From the IMG/VR virus record IMGVR_UViG_2713896737_000025: a stretch of 4,958 nt of DNA. One strand, given 5' to 3'. The DNA is from a virus. Taxonomy: Duplodnaviria > Heunggongvirae > Uroviricota > Caudoviricetes. The notes under the pieces were generated by a model. The model had not been told where the DNA came from. It ran no database searches and worked only from the letters and a program-made list of their open reading frames with translations. The translations under genes and the position numbers were made by a program. This document shows, in pieces, positions 1 to 4,958 of this stretch. Position 1 is the first letter of the stretch. The number at the start of each line of letters is the position of its first letter.

Positions 1-164
1 ATGAACTGACCTGTATGACAGCGCGAATTAACCGTGGTGAGACGATACCTGAACCAGTAAAACAACTTCCTGTTATGGGCGGTAGACCTCTAAATCGTGC
101 ACAGGCTCTGGCGAAGATCGCAGAAATTAAAGCTAAGTTCGGACTGAAAGGAGCAAGTGTATGA
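1..164 (+). CDS. P: Lambdoid replication protein P, C-terminal fragment (5' part lies outside the window)
   Basis: The frame starting at nt 3 is open to TGA at 162-164 and translates ...ELTCMTARINRGETIPEPVKQLPVMGGRPLNRAQALAKIAEIKAKFGLKGASV, which matches my recollection of the lambda P C-terminus. Its stop overlaps the ren start (ATGA at 161-164), the lambda arrangement. Confidence 0.8.
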   Translation, partial: ELTCMTARINRGETIPEPVKQLPVMGGRPLNRAQALAKIAEIKAKFGLKGASV

Positions 165-463
165 CGGGCAAAGAGGCAATTATTCATTACCTGGGGACGC
201 ATAAGAGCTTCTGTGCACAGGACGTTGCCGCGGTAACAGGTGCAACCGTAACCAGCATAAATCAGGCTGCGGCTAAAATGGCGCGGGCAGGAATCCTGGT
301 CGTTGATGGTAAGGTCTGGCGAACGGTGTATTACCGGTTCGCTACCAGAGAAGAACGGGAAGGAAAGGTGAGCACGAATCTGATTTTTAAGGAGTGTCGC
401 CAGAGTGCCGCGATGAAACGGGTATTGAGGGTATATAAAAGAACATCAATGGGTACACAATGA
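161..463 (+). CDS. ren: Ren (Rex-exclusion resistance protein of lambdoid phages)
   Basis: 100-aa ORF beginning MTGKEAIIHYLGTH...VTSINQAAAKMARAG...VYYRFATREEREGK, near-identical in my memory to lambda Ren (96 aa). Sits directly after P as in lambda; start is coupled to the P stop. Confidence 0.85.
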   Translation: MTGKEAIIHYLGTHKSFCAQDVAAVTGATVTSINQAAAKMARAGILVVDGKVWRTVYYRFATREEREGKVSTNLIFKECRQSAAMKRVLRVYKRTSMGTQ

Positions 464-480
464 TGAAACAGGTGAGTTGA

Positions 481-515
481 GTTCAAACTGTAGTACAATT
501 CTCTCCAGTTTGAAC
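481..515 (+). promoter_or_regulatory. Perfect 10-bp inverted repeat (GTTCAAACTG / CAGTTTGAAC) with a 15-nt spacer, between ren and emrE
   Basis: Read directly: 481-490 is the exact reverse complement of 506-515. No U-tract follows, so it is not a classic intrinsic terminator. Lies at the left edge of the AT-rich cassette; candidate operator, RNA stem-loop or recombination site. Confidence 0.4.
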
Positions 516-530
516 AGGAAAGAATATGTT

Positions 531-863
531 ATGAACCCTTATATTTATCTTGGTGGTGCAATACTTGCAGAGGTCATTGGTACAACCTTAATGAAGTTTT
601 CAGAAGGTTTTACACGGTTATGGCCATCTGTTGGTACAATTATTTGTTATTGTGCATCATTCTGGTTATTAGCTCAGACGCTGGCTTATATTCCTACAGG
701 GATTGCTTATGCTATCTGGTCAGGAGTCGGTATTGTCCTGATTAGCTTACTATCATGGGGGTTTTTCGGCCAACGGCTGGACCTGCCAGCCGTTATAGGC
801 ATGATGTTGATTTGTGCCGGTGTGTTGGTTATTAATTTATTGTCACGAAGCACACCACATTAA
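531..863 (+). CDS. emrE: EmrE, small multidrug resistance (SMR) family efflux transporter
   Basis: 110-aa product MNPYIYLGGAILAEVIGTTLMKFSEGFTRLWPSVGTIICYCASFWLLAQT... is essentially the E. coli EmrE sequence, with the conserved membrane Glu in the first helix (AILAEVIGT). AGGAAA Shine-Dalgarno upstream of ATG 531. The ORF-track start at 477 is an upstream in-frame extension with no ribosome-binding site. Confidence 0.95.
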   Translation: MNPYIYLGGAILAEVIGTTLMKFSEGFTRLWPSVGTIICYCASFWLLAQTLAYIPTGIAYAIWSGVGIVLISLLSWGFFGQRLDLPAVIGMMLICAGVLVINLLSRSTPH

Positions 864-893
864 AAATAATTTCTTTTAAAAGACTGCAATATG

Positions 894-926
894 GCGGTTC
901 ATATCTTTACATGGGCCGCTTTTGTT
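894..926 (+). terminator. Candidate rho-independent terminator downstream of emrE
   Basis: GCGGTTCAT (894-902) can pair with ATGGGCCGC (911-919), including two G-U wobbles, around an 8-nt loop, followed by TTTTGTT (920-926). Begins about 30 nt after the emrE stop. Confidence 0.45.
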
Positions 927-1107
927 AATGTTTTTAGTTTTTGTGTATTCTTTTGTGCCTTCAAGATTATTGCGTAAGCAAATTGCAATACGATTATTGT
1001 TGTATATTCAAGATAGTGTGATCGTAATTGTCTTTTTAAATAAAAATTAAACAAAAATTATATCTCACCACTAAGGTTTATAAAAGCATAAGTTAGCAGG
1101 TGTCACC

Positions 1108-2634
1108 ATGAAAAAAGCCATAGCATATATGCGATTTTCATCACCAGGTCAGATGTCTGGCGACTCATTAAACCGACAGAGAAGACTTATTGCTGAATGG
1201 TTAAAGGTAAATAGTGATTATTATCTTGATACCATAACATATGAAGATTTAGGATTAAGTGCATTCAAAGGAAAGCATGCACAATCAGGAGCTTTTTCGG
1301 AATTTTTAGATGCTATAGAGCATGGTTATATATTGCCAGGAACTACATTGTTAGTTGAAAGTCTGGACAGACTTTCAAGAGAAAAAGTCGGTGAAGCGAT
1401 TGAACGTCTGAAATTGATTTTGAATCACGGTATTGATGTTATAACTCTTTGCGACAATACAGTCTATAATATTGACTCTTTGAATGAGCCATATTCATTA
1501 ATAAAAGCCATACTTATAGCACAAAGGGCAAATGAAGAAAGCGAGATAAAGTCAAGTCGGGTTAAATTATCATGGAAGAAAAAACGGCAGGATGCACTGG
1601 AATCAGGTACGATTATGACGGCGTCTTGTCCGAGATGGCTCTCCTTAGATGACAAAAGAACGGCTTTTGTTCCAGACCCCGACAGGGTGAAAACTATTGA
1701 GCTAATTTTTAAACTCAGGATGGAAAGGCGCTCATTGAATGCAATAGCCAAGTATTTAAATGATCATGCTGTAAAGAATTTCTCAGGAAAAGAAAGTGCA
1801 TGGGGGCCTTCTGTAATTGAAAAATTATTAGCGAATAAAGCTCTGATAGGTATATGCGTACCTTCATATCGTGCAAGAGGGAAAGGGATAAGTGAAATCG
1901 CTGGCTATTATCCCAGAGTCATATCAGATGATTTGTTTTACGCTGTACAGGAAATTCGGTTGGCACCTTTTGGTATTAGCAATAGTAGCAAGAATCCTAT
2001 GCTAATAAATCTACTTCGAACAGTTATGAAGTGTGAGGCTTGTGGTAATACCATGATTGTTCATGCGGTATCTGGAAGTTTGCATGGCTATTATGTTTGT
2101 CCGATGAGAAGATTACATCGATGTGACAGGCCATCAATAAAGAGAGATTTGGTTGATTATAATATCATTAATGAATTGCTTTTTAATTGTAGCAAAATTC
2201 AACCAGTTGAAAACAAGAAAGATGCTAATGAAACTTTAGAGTTAAAAATTATTGAGCTTCAGATGAAAATTAATAATTTAATCGTTGCATTGTCTGTCGC
2301 GCCTGAAGTTACCGCTATAGCAGAGAAAATAAGACTATTAGATAAGGAATTACGAAGAGCTTTGGTATCATTGAAAACTTTGAAGAGTAAAGGTGTAAAT
2401 TCATTCAGTGATTTTTATGCTATTGACTTAACCAGTAAAAATGGACGAGAGTTATGCCGTACACTTGCCTATAAAATATTCGAAAAAATCATAATTAATA
2501 CGGATAATAAAACCTGTGATATCTATTTTATGAATGGCATTGTTTTTAAACACTATCCTTTAATGAAAGTAATATCCGCCCAGCAGGCGATAAGTGCTCT
2601 CAAATATATGGTTGATGGTGAGGTTTATTTTTGA
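1108..2634 (+). CDS. ybcK: Large serine recombinase (resolvase/invertase-type catalytic domain, recombinase domain, zinc ribbon, coiled coil); YbcK-like
   Basis: 508-aa ORF with AGGTG Shine-Dalgarno 5 nt upstream. N-terminus AIAYMRFSSPGQ matches the serine-recombinase YxRVSTxxQ motif (nucleophile at Ser11); SLDRLSR at residues 85-91 matches the conserved DRLxR; Cys-x2-Cys-x18-Cys-x7-Cys zinc ribbon at residues 309-339; predicted coiled coil around 374-428. Length and N-terminus match K-12 YbcK as I remember it. Strongly AT-rich codon usage. Confidence 0.9.
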   Translation: MKKAIAYMRFSSPGQMSGDSLNRQRRLIAEWLKVNSDYYLDTITYEDLGLSAFKGKHAQSGAFSEFLDAIEHGYILPGTTLLVESLDRLSREKVGEAIERLKLILNHGIDVITLCDNTVYNIDSLNEPYSLIKAILIAQRANEESEIKSSRVKLSWKKKRQDALESGTIMTASCPRWLSLDDKRTAFVPDPDRVKTIELIFKLRMERRSLNAIAKYLNDHAVKNFSGKESAWGPSVIEKLLANKALIGICVPSYRARGKGISEIAGYYPRVISDDLFYAVQEIRLAPFGISNSSKNPMLINLLRTVMKCEACGNTMIVHAVSGSLHGYYVCPMRRLHRCDRPSIKRDLVDYNIINELLFNCSKIQPVENKKDANETLELKIIELQMKINNLIVALSVAPEVTAIAEKIRLLDKELRRALVSLKTLKSKGVNSFSDFYAIDLTSKNGRELCRTLAYKIFEKIIINTDNKTCDIYFMNGIVFKHYPLMKVISAQQAISALKYMVDGEVYF

Positions 2635-2753
2635 GTAATAATCACTTTTTCAACCGTGCTATGGTATGAAAGTAAAGTAACTACTATGATATTAACTATC
2701 GAGCAAGAATATCCCCAGGCACTCAACAGGGCGCAGGTCAACGTGAATCGGTC

Positions 2754-2945
2754 ATGACACGACACCGATTTTGCGGAATCAATGTTGCTTATGAATACAA
2801 CATCCCGCTTAGTACATGTTCAACACATCAGCAAATTTTGAACTGGGTGTGGCACTTAACTGAAAAAACATGGATGACACAAAATGTTACTCGTCGCTTC
2901 ATTGAAGTAGCTTGTGGATATCACAAGCTAGACTATCGCCAATGA
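2754..2945 (+). CDS. Hypothetical small protein (63 aa), doubtful
   Basis: ORF from the track; I recognise no motif in MTRHRFCGINVAYEYNIPLSTCSTHQQ..., see no convincing Shine-Dalgarno, and the start codon lies in the loop of a short hairpin. Possibly a remnant of what occupies the ybcL/ybcM position in K-12. Confidence 0.2.
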   Translation: MTRHRFCGINVAYEYNIPLSTCSTHQQILNWVWHLTEKTWMTQNVTRRFIEVACGYHKLDYRQ

Positions 2946-2987
2946 TATTCAATTTTTGATTTTTTAGTATCAACCTTCCATAATAAT

Positions 2988-3016
2988 GTCACCGGAGCTT
3001 GAACAACTCCGGTGAC
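2988..3016 (+). other. Perfect 10-bp GC-rich stem-loop (GTCACCGGAG / CTCCGGTGAC, 9-nt loop)
   Basis: Read directly from the sequence. Followed by TTCTGCGCATTT, only weakly U-rich, so a weak terminator or a regulatory/processing hairpin just upstream of ylcH. Confidence 0.4.
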
Positions 3017-3040
3017 TTCTGCGCATTTAAGGGGACTTAA

Positions 3041-3139
3041 ATGCGACCACAATCTGAACTCCTTACCTTGTCACAGATGCAGAAATGCACCTGCGATGTC
3101 TTGCATCCAGCGTTTGATCTCTGCGGAGGTGAAGCGTGA
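3041..3139 (+). CDS. ylcH: Small protein YlcH-like (32 aa)
   Basis: ATG 3041 is preceded by AAGGGGA; translation is [32 protein letters not shown]. Its TGA stop (3137-3139) overlaps the ybcN GTG start (GTGA). Size and position immediately upstream of ybcN match the small ylcH gene of K-12 DLP12, from memory. Confidence 0.5.
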   Translation: MRPQSELLTLSQMQKCTCDVLHPAFDLCGGEA

Positions 3140-3591
3140 ACCTCCCACAAGATGGCATCAAATTACATCGCGGTAACTTCACCGCTGTCGGTCAGCAGAT
3201 CCAGACTTATCTGGAAGACGGCAAATGCTTTCGCATGGTGCTTAAACCGTGGCGCGAGAGACGCAGTCTTTCCCAGAATGCACTCAGCCACATGTGGTAC
3301 AGCGAAATCAGTGAATACCTCATCAGCAGGGGGAAATCGTTCGCTACTTCAGCATGGGTAAAAGATGCTCTCAAACACACATACCTCGGTTATGAAACCA
3401 AGGACCTGGTTGATGTCGTAACCGGCGAAATCACTACTATCCAGTCGTTACGCCATACCTCCGATCTTGGTACCGGAGAGATGTATGTCTTCCTGTGTAA
3501 GGTTGAAGCCTGGGCGATGAATATTGGCTGCCACCTGACTATTCCACAGAGCTGCGAGTTCCAGCTGCTGCGTGACAAGCAGGAGGCGTAA
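3136..3591 (+). CDS. ybcN: YbcN, NinB/Orf-family recombination protein (DNA base-flipping protein in K-12)
   Basis: 151-aa ORF with GTG start and GGAGGTG Shine-Dalgarno. The [17 protein letters not shown] motif resembles the lambda NinB/Orf RSLDQN region; matches K-12 YbcN as I recall it. Confidence 0.9.
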   Translation: MNLPQDGIKLHRGNFTAVGQQIQTYLEDGKCFRMVLKPWRERRSLSQNALSHMWYSEISEYLISRGKSFATSAWVKDALKHTYLGYETKDLVDVVTGEITTIQSLRHTSDLGTGEMYVFLCKVEAWAMNIGCHLTIPQSCEFQLLRDKQEA

Positions 3592-3761
3592 TGGCTACAC
3601 CGCTTATTCGTGTCATGAACGGACACATCTACAAAGTACCAAATCGTCGTAAGCGTAAACCTGAGCTGAAGCCATCCGAAATACCAACACTGCTCGGATA
3701 TACCGCCAGCCTGGTTGATAAAAAATGGTTGCGACTGGCAGCAAGGAGGAATCATGGCTGA
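3591..3761 (+). CDS. ninE: NinE-family protein (56 aa)
   Basis: Not in the ORF track (too short). ATG 3591 overlaps the ybcN stop (TAATG), with AGGAGG 5 nt upstream. Product [56 protein letters not shown] resembles lambda NinE (...YTAHLWDIRWLRRRAR...). Confidence 0.8.
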   Translation: MATPLIRVMNGHIYKVPNRRKRKPELKPSEIPTLLGYTASLVDKKWLRLAARRNHG

Positions 3762-4040
3762 TTTGAGAAAAGCAGCGCGTAGTCGGGAATGCCAAGTAAG
3801 AATCCCTGGCGTATGTAATGGCAACCCTGAAACGTCTGTACTGGCACATATCCGGCTGACTGGATTGTGCGGCACCGGTACCAAACCGCCAGACTTGATT
3901 GCCACCATTGCATGTTCTGCCTGCCACGACGAAATCGACCGCCGCACACATTTTGTCGATGCTGCATATGCAAAAGAATGCGCGCTGGAAGGTATGGCGA
4001 GAACACAGGTTATCTGGCTGAAAGAGGGGGTTATTAAGGC

Positions 4041-4044
<4 letters not shown>
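3754..4044 (+). CDS. ybcO: YbcO, putative nuclease with a Cys-rich metal-binding motif (DUF1364 family)
   Basis: 96-aa product [34 protein letters not shown]...[12 protein letters not shown]... with AAGGAGG 5 nt upstream of ATG 3754. Start overlaps the ninE 3' end by 8 nt. The track ORF 3715-4044 is the same frame with an unsupported upstream extension. Confidence 0.85.

Positions 4045-4958
<914 letters not shown>

Noticed and set aside
477-530. Upstream in-frame extension of emrE (track ORF starts at 477, MSSNCSTILSSLNRKEYV...)
   Set aside because: The extension lies within the 481-515 inverted repeat, has no ribosome-binding site, and canonical EmrE is 110 aa starting MNPYIYLGG at 531, which does have a Shine-Dalgarno.
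464-530. Guanidine-type riboswitch upstream of the SMR transporter
   Set aside because: SMR/Gdx genes are often riboswitch-controlled, but the only hairpin here has a 15-nt loop lacking the ACGR loops of the mini-ykkC class, and emrE is not a known riboswitch target.
930-1107. Specific sigma-70 promoter for ybcK in the AT-rich intergenic region
   Set aside because: Several -10-like hexamers (TATATT at 1003-1008, TATAAA at 1079-1084) and -35-like hexamers (TTGCAA at 983-988, TTGCGT at 970-975) exist, but none pair with 16-18 bp spacing. A promoter is likely here but cannot be placed from sequence alone.
1464-1751. 95-aa minus-strand ORF inside ybcK
   Set aside because: Antisense to a well-supported 508-aa gene with clear recombinase motifs; no independent start signal or recognisable product. 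Treated as a shadow ORF.
3152-3361. 69-aa + strand ORF in an alternative frame within ybcN
   Set aside because: Out-of-frame overlap with ybcN, whose frame carries the NinB-like motif; Ala/Ser/Arg-rich composition typical of off-frame translation.
3715-3753. Upstream extension of ybcO (track ORF starts at 3715)
   Set aside because: The extension would overlap ninE in another frame; ATG 3754 has a near-consensus AAGGAGG and gives the expected 96-aa product.
3390-4006. Minus-strand ORFs 3390-3947, 3613-3951 and 3752-4006
   Set aside because: All are antisense to the contiguous ybcN-ninE-ybcO genes, which have strong ribosome-binding sites and recognisable homology. Long antisense ORFs are common in roughly 50% GC coding DNA.

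Overview
This window reads as the replication/nin region of a lambdoid (DLP12-like) prophage of E. coli/Shigella, all genes on the + strand. Order: 3' end of replication gene P, ren, then an AT-rich inserted cassette carrying emrE (SMR efflux pump) and ybcK (an apparently intact large serine recombinase), then a short unassigned stretch, ylcH, ybcN (NinB/Orf-like), ninE, ybcO and rusA. rusA is interrupted three codons before its expected end by an IS3-family element (IS629-like) in reverse orientation, which runs off the window's right edge. Gene identities come from reading the translations against remembered lambda and E. coli K-12 proteins; no database search was run. I see no clear signature of a wholly new system. 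The most interesting candidate is the emrE-ybcK cassette: its GC content drops sharply against the flanks, its recombinase is not at a prophage end, and related inverted repeats sit near both of its boundaries. The IS insertion in rusA and the apparent absence of ybcL/ybcM compared with K-12 are secondary observations.
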